Both the position numbers and the translations under genes were made by a program. 64,000 nucleotides of DNA from Octopus vulgaris (Eukaryota): positions 49,166,001 through 49,230,000 of the forward strand of contig OX597821.1 of the NCBI GenBank assembly GCA_951406725.2. Direction: 5' to 3'. This document shows, piece by piece, positions 53,236 through 64,000 of this stretch. Below the pieces are notes generated by a model that saw only the letters and a program-made list of their open reading frames with translations, was not told the DNA's origin and ran no database searches. Positions within the stretch are counted from its first letter, which is position 1; each line of letters starts with the position of its first letter.

Positions 53236-55370
53236 CCAGACTGGAAGTTCTTGAGGGACAATCCACTGAGAGCTATGGATGAAATCTGTGGCTAGTACAG
53301 AGTCCCATCTAGACCAAGGGTAACATGATGGTAGAGCAAGGAGGTTGACAATGTTATAAAAGCAAAGAGACAGGCCTGGAAAGAATGGAAACAGTGGAAG
53401 CAGAGAATTATATCAGGTAGCCAAAAGGGGAGCTAGACATCAGGTAAACATAGCAAAATGAGTAGCTGAAGGTAAAAGATTTGCAAATGTCCTACAATGT
53501 GAGGATCAGAAGTGTGAGGTGTTCAGGATTGCAAAGCAGTGTATCAGAGAAAATAGAGATGCGGTAGGTGAGAAATGGGTGCAAATGGATAATGGTATGC
53601 TTGCACTTAGTGACTCAGAGAAGAAAGATACATGGAAGTGCCACTATAAAAGGTTACTAACTGTGGAAAATGAATGGGAGAAAGAGAGTTTACCAAATAT
53701 CAAACCAGTTGAGGGACCAGCCATCACAGTTGATAGCAGTATAATAGATAAGGTAATTAAGGACAGGAAAACAGGGAACCCCTTGGGCCACCAGGAATCA
53801 CTGCCAAGATGATTAAAATTTCCAGTGGCATGGGATACAGCTTAGTCACCCATATAGTTAATGAGGTTATTCAGGAAGGCACCATCCCCAATGACTGGTG
53901 TAGTAGCATTATGGTCAGCTGCTACAAGGGTAAAGGTGATGTCTTAGATAGAAACAACTGCAAAGGTATTAAACTGCTAGACCAAGTCATGGAAATTAGT
54001 GAGAGGGTTATAGCTCAATTAATTAGAAATTTGGTTTTGTACCTGGGAAGAGTACCACAGATGCTATCTTCCTAGTGAGACAGGTGAGGAAAAGTATTTG
54101 GCTAAAAGTAAGCTATTGTACTTAGCCTCTGTCGACCTGATGAAAGCTTTCGACAGAGTTCCCTGCTCTGTTATATGGTGGTCTCTAAGGAAGTTAGGAG
54201 TAGAGGAGTGGCTTGTTAGAGCTGTCCAAGCCATGTACAGTAGTGCTGTCAGTAAGGTAAGAGTCGGCCATGAATACAGTGATGAATTTAGCGTTCAGGT
54301 AGGGGTTCACCAGGGCTCAATTCCCAGCCCACTTTTATTCATTATAGTCCTGCAGGCCATAACAGAGGAATTCAAAACTGGGTGCCCGTGGGGACTACTA
54401 TATGTTGATGACCTTGCTCGTATTGCAGAATCTTTAGCAGAATTGGAGAAGAAATTCCAGGTATGGAAACAAAACCTGGAATCAAAGGGCCTTAAAGTTA
54501 ACATAGCTAAGAAAAAAGTGGTTGTTAGAAAGAAAGAAGATAAAACTTTCTTTCCTTCAGGTAAATGACCCTGCACTATATGTAGGAAAGGAGATGGAAG
54601 AAATTCCATTTGCTTCACCCAGTGTAAACTATGGACACATGAAAGATGCAGTGGCATCACAGGTAGAGTAACAGATAGAGTAGTCTTTGTATGTAGCAGA
54701 TGTGCAGGAACAATAAGCACTAAGAGCAGGAAAGGAAATTAGATTCTCTCAAATGCCCAGAAGGCTCTCTTTAGGTTGTAGATAGCTTTTGTTACCTAGG
54801 TGACCAAATTAGTAATGGTGGAGGATGCTCTGAAAGTATTGTTTCTAGTATAAGAATAGGATGTAGGAAGTTCAGAGAGATATTACATCTGTTGGTAAAA
54901 AAAGGCCTCTCACTCAGAATGAAAGGTAGACAATATGATGCTTGTGTATAAACAGCTATACTTCATGGTAGTGAGACATGGGCTCTGAATGTTGAAGACA
55001 TGTATAGACTGAAGAGAAACGAAGGTAGTATGTTTCATTGGATGTGCATCATCAGTGCACATATGCAACAAAGTGCAAATGTATTGAGAGAAAAGTTGGG
55101 CATAAGAGGGATCAAATGTAGCGTGCAAGAGAGAAGACTACATTGGTTAGGACATGTGATGCATATGAATGAGGACAGCTGCATAAAGAAGTGTCAATCA
55201 CTGAAAGTAGATGGTACCTGTGGAAGAGGGAGACCCAGGAAGACATGGGATGAAGTGGTAAGGACTGATCTCAGGAAGTTGGACCTCACAGAGAAAATGA
55301 TCATGGACTGAGATGTCTGGTGATATGAAGTTCTTGAGGAGACCCACCCACATCGGCAAAACTGAGTTCT
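53236..55370 (+). mobile_element. RTE LINE, decayed RT
   Basis: KGKGDVLDRNNCKGIKLL, VDLMKAFDRVP, GVHQGSIPSPLLF, LLYVDDL and GRGRPRKTWDEV across ORFs 53519-55311. Confidence 0.93.
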
Positions 55371-56001
55371 ATAAGTACTGTGTAGAAAACTTTTCACACA
55401 TTCTACCACAATGAACCAAACTACGTCTCTACATCCCTGCTATACTTCACATTTCCACTTCATGTACTATGATTACCTCCCACTCCCCAACCTTGTCCTC
55501 GTGGCCCAGTGCCACTGTATCATTGCTCTCTGCTTGACCTTGACCTGTGTCTCACTCTATTATTCTTTTCTACTCTAGGCACAAGGCTATTATTGCCATC
55601 TGCTTGCCCCCACCTCCAAACTGGGTGTTCCACCCACATATAACAAGAAAACTTTTCCCTCACCCTACCCCAACAAACCAATTTACATCCCTTCTTTTTT
55701 ACACATTTCCTCCTCCATTCACTATGCCTAGTTCTCACTCCTTGCCTAGCACTCACTCACTAATCTTGCCCTCACACCTCTGTTCCTTATACCCATGTCT
55801 TTGCCACTTACACTCTTTAATCACACTCCCTTCATAATATCCTGTCACTTATAGCATTTGAACCCCAAGGGTACGCCCTGGCACTTGCCTCTATCTATAT
55901 CTCTCTCTTCCTTTACTCAACTATCTCATTTATACTCTGATTCCCATTCCTTATTAACATGCCTGGCATTTTGCCACCATCTCCATCCTGCGGTCTCTGC
56001 C

Positions 56002-56067
<66 letters not shown>

Positions 56068-56189
56068 CCTCTCTCTCTTTCTCTTTCTCTCCTTCTCCTA
56101 CACTTCCCTCAGGTTGGCAACTGTGTATTTTCTTTGTGGTAGCACACCTGTTTCTATTTTCATTCCTGATCTTTCTTTCTCCAGCCAAA

Positions 56190-57640
56190 TAACCTTGTAC
56201 TTTCTCTTCAGCAAGACACCTATATCTGTCATCAGAGAAGACGTCGGTCCATAAACTTCTCGCAAGAGACCATACAACAGCTTTGTGTTATTGGAATCTG
56301 ATGCTACCTGTATCTCATCAGCTCTCTTACTGCACCACATATCCCTCATCTGAGAGAGCCGTTGCCTCACATGTGATTTTACATCCTTGAGTTCCCTATA
56401 CAACACTTCCTTTTCCTGTGGCTTTGCTGACAAATAGCGTGACAAAGTATGTTGTCTTTTATCAGCCAATAAATCATCTATATGTTCATCATTTTCTTTA
56501 AACCAATCTTGATGCTTTCTTTGTATCAATCCCAGAACTCTCTTGCCTATATCATAAACGGATTTTTTAAGGGTTGGCCAATCCTCCCCAATATCTGCAG
56601 CATTCATTTCCTCTTGTAAAGTTCTCTTCACACTATTACACCTAAGACGGTCAACATTCAGTCTTTTAGGCAGAGTAATCCCTGCAGCCTGGATTTTATG
56701 TTTTGTGACTAATTTCACTTTTGCACATACTAGGCGGTGGTCAGTCCAACACTCAGCTCCACGAAGAACACGAACACACTGCACATCTTGTCTGTTATGC
56801 ACCCTAACAAGGATGTAATCCAGAATATGCCATTCTTTGGATGCAGGGTGCATCCATGTAGTCTTATACTTATTCTTTTGTTGAAACATGGTATTGGTAG
56901 CACACAGACACAGCTCCTCACACATCTGCAGCAGAAGCATGCCATTACTATTACACTTTCCCACCCCATGCTTTCCAATTACAGTCCATGTGTTAAAATC
57001 CCTGCCCACTCTAGCATTAAAGTCACCCAGTACAAGGATATTTCTTATAATGCCCTTCAAAGCATGGTAGAAAGAAACATTTTCATCATCAGTATAGCAG
57101 ATAGTTGAAGCATACACACCACCAAGGTCACATAATTTCCTTTAACTAAAGGAATTCTCATGGACATTAGATGCTCGTTAATTCCGACTGGGAATTCTTC
57201 TAACTTGTCCACAAGAGTAGTCTTAACTTCAAATGCCACTCCAGCTTCTCCTCTAAACTCTTCATTCCTCCCTTTCCAAAAGAATGTGTATTTTCCACAA
57301 AACTCTGTAAGATGACCATCTCCAGGTAATCTCGTCTCAGATAAAGCAACGAGGTCAAGATCATAACATCGAAGCTCCTTCACAACAAGCACAGTCCTTC
57401 ATACAGGACATTCAGAGGACTCGCTGTCAAACAGCATCCGTACATTCCAGCAGCCAATATTCAATATTTTATTTGGTTCTATCACAGTAGCATGATGATG
57501 GCCAGGTTCAGAATGTGATGCTCTGAAGTCCCTGCCGGGCCAGACTCTTTCATCTGATGTGGTTCCAGAGTCCTTACTGCCATTTATTTTTATACTGTTT
57601 TGGTACATCATTGATTATTTGCTTTTTAAGGCTATAGCCA
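56190..57640 (-). mobile_element. RTE LINE 5' half (AP endonuclease and linker)
   Basis: LNIGCWNVR, VALSETRL, LGDFNARVG, TWMHPASKEWHILDYILV, CWTDHRLV. Confidence 0.93.
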
Positions 57641-57884
57641 GATATTCAGCTGAGACTCACAGCACTATCAACAATCATGAATTAGTTAATCAATTTAATC
57701 AATCAATCAATGTTGTTATCATGCAATGCCTGTGCAAGAAGATTTTTTTTAAAGTGAGGAAAGGCTGTGCACTGGGTCAATCCTACTCACTAAGCAACAG
57801 CAGCCATAATCTGAAAAGAAGAACAAGTCAACATCATTGGTAACCACTGAGCCGCTGCGATCAGGTATTCAGTCCGATTATATA

Positions 57885-59945
57885 TACATACATACATACA
57901 TATAATGGACTCTCCCGTTGGTTTTGACTTATGAGGCTCTGACAACCTACTCTTTCTTGTCAGTCATAATGTTTATGTTGAATGTGACATTTAAGTTGGC
58001 CAATGATTTGGAAAAAAGACCACAGATCCTGCAATTATGAGGATTACAGGTCAGTGCAAGTGGTATATTTGCAGCCATTTTTCTCCTTTGCCTTGCATCC
58101 TGAAGCTTGTTAATGCTGATTGCAACAAAGTTTCTAATACCATTTTGGCACAACGATCTCTATTTTGTTCACACAAAGTTGTTGTGAGCTATCTTCATTG
58201 CTAAGAGGTTACTCTTCAGCTTATCCTGATATCTGAGCCATGGTCAACCAACATTCCTGTGCCCACTATCAAGCTAGCTGTACATGAGGACTTTGAGCAT
58301 ACTTTTGTCACTCATTCTGATGACATTGCCAGCCCAGAATAATTGCAGATTGTCCTCAGACAGCCTTTGTGGAAGATGTCATGCTGATTAATGTTGGTTA
58401 GGGTATCCATGATTCTGAGCCATACAAGACAGTAGTAAGAATGGCAACTTTATAGACCTGTACTTTGGTGTCCCGTTTAATGCCCCTTTCATTCCATAGG
58501 CTATGATAGAGTTTGCCAAATGCATTGGTTGTCTTTACAAGATGCTTGATGATTTCATCATCAAGGGAAGCACACAAGTTCACTTTACTACCAACATATG
58601 GAAAAGACATCACATACTTTAGGCTTTCCACATCAACCTGTATAGAAGTATCAGGAAAATTGTGAACTGGTGGCCTTAGTTTGAAACCTCGAATTTAATT
58701 AGGAATAGGGCAAGGTTGGTGGATTACTTCCATCTTCTTTATGCTGATGGTCAAACCAAAGGCTTTACATGCAGCAAGAAACTGGTCTTGAAGTTCCTGA
58801 GCTTCCTCTAAGAAGGTCACTACTAGTGCAGCATCATCTGCAAAAAGTAGATCACGAATGATGATACTGGTGCATAGCAGTTTTCTGCCTTTGGAACACT
58901 GATGATTGAATAATCCACCACTTGTTTGAAACTGGAATTTGACACCACTTTGTATGAAAAGAAGAGTGCAAACAAAACAGGAGCCATAGTACAACCTTGC
59001 TTTGTGCCGTTTGTAACATCAAAGGAAGCCGAAGATTCCCCACGGACATGACAGCAGCCTTCATTCCCTCATGAAAGGAGATGGCAACATTCAACATCTT
59101 GTCAGGTATACCAAGCTTTTTCAGCATTTTCCACAGTGCGTCAAAGGTCAACAAATACCATGAACAACTCTTGATTTTTCTTGATCTTTCTCATGTAACT
59201 TCTCCATGACCTATCGAAAGGGAAAAGATCATGTCAATAATGCCACGACCAGAGTGAAATCCACAGTGTGATTCTGGATAGATATCATTTACAATGTGTT
59301 TGATGATCCTATCAAGAATGAGTTGAGCAAGAATCTTACTGGCTATAGGCAGAAGTAATATCCCATGATGATTATCACAGATACTTCTGTTTCCTTGAGG
59401 CATCCTTGAAGCCCTGTTGTACAAGGCCTACCATCCAAATACTTATGAAGAGCTCATGCAATTTCTCAAAAAGCTTCTGTCCACCATGTTTGTAGATTTC
59501 AGGAGGGACAGCGCCTCTACCAGGTGCTTTACCAGAAGAGATCTGTTCAAGAGAATTTACCACTTCCAGGAAGATTGGTTCCAGGAACAAATCCAATATT
59601 TCAGTGTGCTGTGGAATAGACATTATGACATCATCATCAGTGATTGAGGTGGAGTTCAACACAGCTTCAAAGTGATCTTTCCATCAGTTAACAGTGTCTC
59701 TCATGTAGATGAAAAAATAGGAGTAACACCGTGCTCTTGAGGACCATACTCTTTCTTCGGCTATCATAAAAGGCTTTAGAATCCTTTCTGTCAGCAGCTT
59801 CTTGGAGGTCAGTAGTATTGGAAGACCACCAAGCCTCCTTCATCCATCTCAGAGTACGTTGGACCTGGCCTCTGCATTTCTTATAAGCATTCTCTTTTCT
59901 GGATGAGCTCTTATCATTTATCCATGTTTTGTGTGAGCTGTGCAT
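57885..59945 (-). mobile_element. RTE (BovB-like) LINE 3' half (RT) with (TATG)n tail
   Basis: GKAPG, PESHCGFHSGRGIIDMIF, IRDLLFADDAAL, FGLTISIKK, VLYGSESW, and C-terminal CRICG. Tail at 57885-57902. Confidence 0.92.
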
Positions 59946-59948
59946 TAT

Positions 59949-60480
59949 ATTGGGTTGGCAACTAAGTTCCCACCGTTCTTTTAAATTTTGGAATCTATTT
60001 TTTTTGAGAATTCTATTTTTGAATCATTTTGGAATCTATTTTGTTTTTTTTTCTGGTTAATTTTGGTTAATTTTTTTTTTTTTTCAGATCATTAAAATGG
60101 AATGTCAAGTTAAGAAAAATGAGCATTTTCGACACCTCATTCTTTTTGCTTTTAATAAAGGTTCTAAGGCCGCAGAAGCTGCTCATGACATTTGTGCTGT
60201 GTATGGAGAGGGTGCCATAGTTGAAAGAACTGCTTGTGATTGGTATGCTAAGTTCAAAAATGGAAATTTTGACCTCAAAGATGCACCTCGTTCTGGCCGT
60301 CCAGTTGAGTTCGATGAAGAACAATTAAACCAACTTTTGCACCAAAATTCTCATCAAATGACAAGGGAACTGGCAGAAAATGGAATGCTCCCACAATGCT
60401 ATACAGAAGCATCTTCAGTCAATGGGAAAGGTTCAGAAGTATGGAGCATGGTTTCCGCATGCTTTAAGTGACAACAAAAA
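59949..60480 (+). mobile_element. mariner element 5' half
   Basis: Left TIR ttgggttggcaactaagt. ORF 60097..60471 has HFRHLILFAFNKGSKAAEAAHDICAVYGE..WYAKFKNGNFDLKDAPRSGRP. Truncated. Confidence 0.92.
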
Positions 60481-60989
60481 TGTGTAGAATGATCCGGTGG
60501 TGATGCTAGACTTTGTATTTTTTCATAGCTCCCATGGTTACCAAGATAAGCTGCCATAATAATACTCTTGTGTTTATGAATGAGAAAGGAAGGGGTGATG
60601 TCATACTTGGGATGATGAAAATTGTATACTGAAAAAATAAATCAAACGTCATTTTAACTCTGTGTGAAAATATGTGTGTGTATGTAAAAGGAAGGGTATG
60701 TGAATATGTGTGTGTGAGTTTGTGTGTGTGTGTGTGTATGCGTGTGCGCACGCAATGGAAGTAGGATGGTTCACATTTGTTTGCTTAGTATTTGGGCTTA
60801 TTTTTTGATTTGATTGAATCTTGTTTTCTTTTTTTTGTTGGTCAGCTATTTTAAGCGTTTTGACAGAAAAAAGTCATTCTAAAATTGTTTCTTAATGTAA
60901 GCATGCCCAAACAAGCCGAATGCTTACACAGAACAGGTTTATAGACACATCATCCAAACCAACCGGGTGAAAGCGGGCTTAGCTGCTAG
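60481..60989 (+). mobile_element. Non-autonomous Helitron 3' portion
   Basis: ccgggtgaaagcgggcttagctgCTAG|T at 60963-60990. Left boundary uncertain. Confidence 0.55.
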
Positions 60990-61020
60990 TAAATATATAT
61001 ATATAAATATGTATATCAAG

Positions 61021-61156
61021 CGTGACTGTGTGGTAAGTAGCTTGCTTACCAACCACATGGTTCCAGGTTCAGTCCCATTGTGTGGCACCTTGGGCAAGTG
61101 TCTTCTACTATAGCCTTGTGAGTGGATTTGGTAGACGGAAACTGAAAGAAGCCCAT

Positions 61157-61201
<45 letters not shown>

Positions 61202-61450
61202 TTGTATATATATATGTGTGTATGTATACATGTGAATGTATATGTTTGTGTGTCTATGTTTGTCCCCTCACCATCGCTTGACAACTGATGCTGGTGTGTT
61301 TACGCTCCCTTAACTTAGCAGTTCAGCAAAGCGACCAATAGAATAAGTACTAGGCTTAGAAAGAATAAGTTCTGGGGTCGATTTGTTTGAGTAAAGGCAG
61401 TGCTCCAGCATGGCCATTCCAATGACTGAAACAAATAAAAGAATAAAAGA
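61021..61450 (+). mobile_element. SINE type A
   Basis: Matches 8841-9240. Confidence 0.9.
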
Positions 61451-61464
61451 ATATATATGTATCT

Positions 61465-61808
61465 CTTTTACTCTTTTACTTGTTTCAGTCATTTGACTGC
61501 GGCCATGCTGGAGCACCGCCTTTAGTCGAGCAAATTCTATCGGTCTCTTTTTGCCGAACCGCTAAGTGACGGGGACGTAAACACACCAGCATCGGTTGTC
61601 AAACAATGCTAGGGGGACAAACACAGACACACAAACACACACACACACATATATATACATATATACAACAGGCTTCTTTCAGTTTCCGTCTACCAAATCC
61701 ACTCACAAGGCATTGGTTGGCCCGGGGCTATAGTAGAAGACACTTGCCCAAGGTGCCACGCAGTGGGACTGAACCCGGAACCATGTGGTTGGTTAGCAAG
61801 CTACTTAC

Positions 61809-61812
<4 letters not shown>
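61465..61812 (-). mobile_element. SINE type A (inverted relative to its neighbour)
   Basis: Reverse copy with a short internal deletion near 61537. Confidence 0.9.
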
Positions 61813-61855
<43 letters not shown>

Positions 61856-61859
61856 TTTA

Positions 61860-62032
61860 TCATCATCATCATTTAACGTCTGCTTTCCATGCTAGCATGG
61901 GTTGGACGATTTGGCTGAGAACTGGCAAACCAGATGGCCGCATCAGGCTCCAATATGATCTGGCAAAGTTTCTACAGCTGGATGCCCTTCCTAATACCAA
62001 CCACTCCGAGAGTGTAGTCAGTGCTTTTACAT
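61860..62032 (-). mobile_element. RTE 3' end
   Basis: (CAT)n tail and ctacagctggatgcccttcctaa. Confidence 0.8.
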
Positions 62033-62034
62033 AC

Positions 62035-62583
62035 TACCGGCATGCTTTTGGTATTCAAATCATAGTGATTTGTGTACCCAAGCTTTACCAGGTGCTCATG
62101 AACATCGGATTTTGATAGGTTGAGGCTTTCTGCCAATTCTCAGGTTATGCAATGGGGGTTATTCTCAATTAATGACTTGATTTGGTCATCATCTATAGTG
62201 GATGGTCTGCTTGATCGCTCTTTATCAATAAGGCTACAATCTCCAGCTTGGAACCTTGCGAACCACTTCCGTACAGTTCTTTCAGATAAAGAAACATCAC
62301 CATAAACTGTGCATATTTCTTTGGTTGCTTGTGAGGCATTTTTCCCTTTACAGAAAAAGAAAAGTATCATGTGCCGAAAATGAACTTTTTTATCTTCCAT
62401 TTTAAAGGGTTACAGAATTAACACAGGTTATAGGAACATAAACCTTCTTCCACGAAAAGATAGCTTAAACTGTGCTCTAAATGGAGGTGTAATCAAATCC
62501 TATTTTATGGACTCAACCATGTTCTAAAATAAGTCGAAAGGTAAGCTACTATAAATTGGTACAAACTTTCCAGACAACCCAAT
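62035..62583 (-). mobile_element. mariner element 5' half
   Basis: ORF 62140..62400 has MEDKKVHFRHMILFFF..RTVRKWFARF..ERSSRP. TIR aactttccagacaacccaa|TA. Confidence 0.92.
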
Positions 62584-62629
62584 ACATGGTGAAACTAATA
62601 GAAATGAACCTAATATATATACACACACA

Positions 62630-64000
62630 TAGGATACCAAGAAGCAGACCAATCCAGAAAAGAAGGATTTGGAAGCTAAAGAACCCTTCACATGGTCAGA
62701 GATTTAGGGACATCCTCATCAGGAAATTTGATGAGAGGGAGGAGGAGCTACAGACATTGGACATAGAAGGTAGCTGGAAATTCCTATGGGACAGCTTGCT
62801 GTGTGCCACAGACCAAGTCTATGGATGGTGCAAAGTCCCTTCCAGACCTAGAGTTACGTGGTGGTGGAATAGTACAGTAGACAAAGCCATAAGAGCAAAG
62901 AAATAGGCCTGGAAAGCCTGGAGGGACGGGGGTAGCAGGGAACTGTACCAGGTAGCCAAAAGGGAGGCTGGGCGGCAGGTATACATAGCCAAGGGTGAAG
63001 CAGAAAAGAAGAAGTTTTCCAATGTCCAGCGACATGAGGACCAAAGAACTGAGGTATTTTGGATTGCTAGACAGTGTGTGAGAGAAAATTGTGATGTCAC
63101 AGGAGAGAAATGTGTCTGCATGGATGATGGTGCACTTGCTTTTAGTGTTTCTGAAAAGAAAGAGGCTTGGAGAAGCCATTATGAGAGACTGCTGAATGTG
63201 GAGAATGAATGGGAGGAGGAGAGCCTGCCAAATGTTGACCCAGTAGAAGGATCAGCTATCCGAATAGACAGCTCCCTAGTACTTAATGCAATTAAGGGTA
63301 TGAAACCAGGAAAAGCCCCTGGCCCATCAGGAATCACTGCTGAGATGCTTAAAACATCTGGTGGTGTGGGCGATGGCCTAGTCACCCGCATTGTAAACCA
63401 GGTAGTTTATAATGGAGTCATACCCAATGACTGGCATAGCAGCACCATAGTTAACTGCTAAAAGGGTAAAGGTGATGCTCTAGATAGAAATAACTACAGG
63501 GGTATTAAACTGTTGGATCAGGTGATGAAGGTCACAGAGAGGGTCATAGCCCACCTCATTAGGGAGCGAGTTTACTTAGATGAGATGCAGTTTGGTTTTG
63601 TGCCAGGTAGAAGCACCACTGATGCCATATTCCTGGTTCGACAACTGCAGGAGAAATACATAGCTAAAGATAAACCCCTCTACATAGCTTTCGTGGACTT
63701 GAAGAAAGTCTTTGACAGGGTCCCCTGATCCCTTCTCTGGTGGGCGATGCAGAAACTGGAGATTGACGAATGGTTAATAAGGGCTGTACAGGCCTTATAC
63801 AGGGAAGCTGTCAGCAAGGTTAGGATTGGCAATGAGTATAGTGAAGAATTCTGGGAAGAAGTAGGGGTCCACCAAGGTTCAGCCCTCAGTCCCCTTTTAT
63901 TCATCATAGTCCTCCAGGCAATAACAGAGGAATTCAAGACGAGTTGCCCCTGGGAGCTCCTCTATGCTGATGACCTGGCCCTCATAGCAGAATCACTACC
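62630..64000 (+). mobile_element. RTE LINE RT, same family as 53236, runs off the window
   Basis: GKAPGPSG, QFGFVPGRSTTDAIF, FVDLKKVFDRVP, GVHQGSALSPLLF, LLYADDL. Several stop codons. Confidence 0.95.

Noticed and set aside
56190-59945. One intact LINE spanning the endonuclease and RT
   Set aside because: On the minus strand the RT and tail come before the endonuclease, so these are two separate decayed copies in tandem.
60097-60471. SETMAR-like domesticated gene
   Set aside because: No SET domain, frameshifted after TRELAE, TIR present. Ordinary mariner remnant.

Overview
Eukaryotic, AT-rich window almost fully occupied by repeats. The SINE families and dense TA/CA/TATG microsatellites look like an Octopus (coleoid cephalopod) genome; this is recognition, not a database result. 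I find no supportable intact host gene, so the window reads as intronic or intergenic, and most listed ORFs are microsatellite artefacts. Recognisable content: three tRNA-derived SINE types; many RTE-clade LINE pieces; several Penelope-like element (PLE) remnants with RT and GIY-YIG motifs; Helitrons, including a stacked array and a decayed RepHel copy; five Tc1/mariner remnants plus a mariner MITE; a decayed hATm-type transposon; a hAT MITE; and a restriction-like-endonuclease non-LTR fragment. The most interesting signal is non-coding: repeated type-I hammerhead-ribozyme-like cores (CTGANGA...GAAAC...GTH) in small non-coding elements sitting in (TA)n tracts. One lies inside a 349-bp partial tandem unit that resembles a retrozyme or PLE pseudo-LTR monomer. 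Boundaries of decayed elements are approximate (tens of bp).
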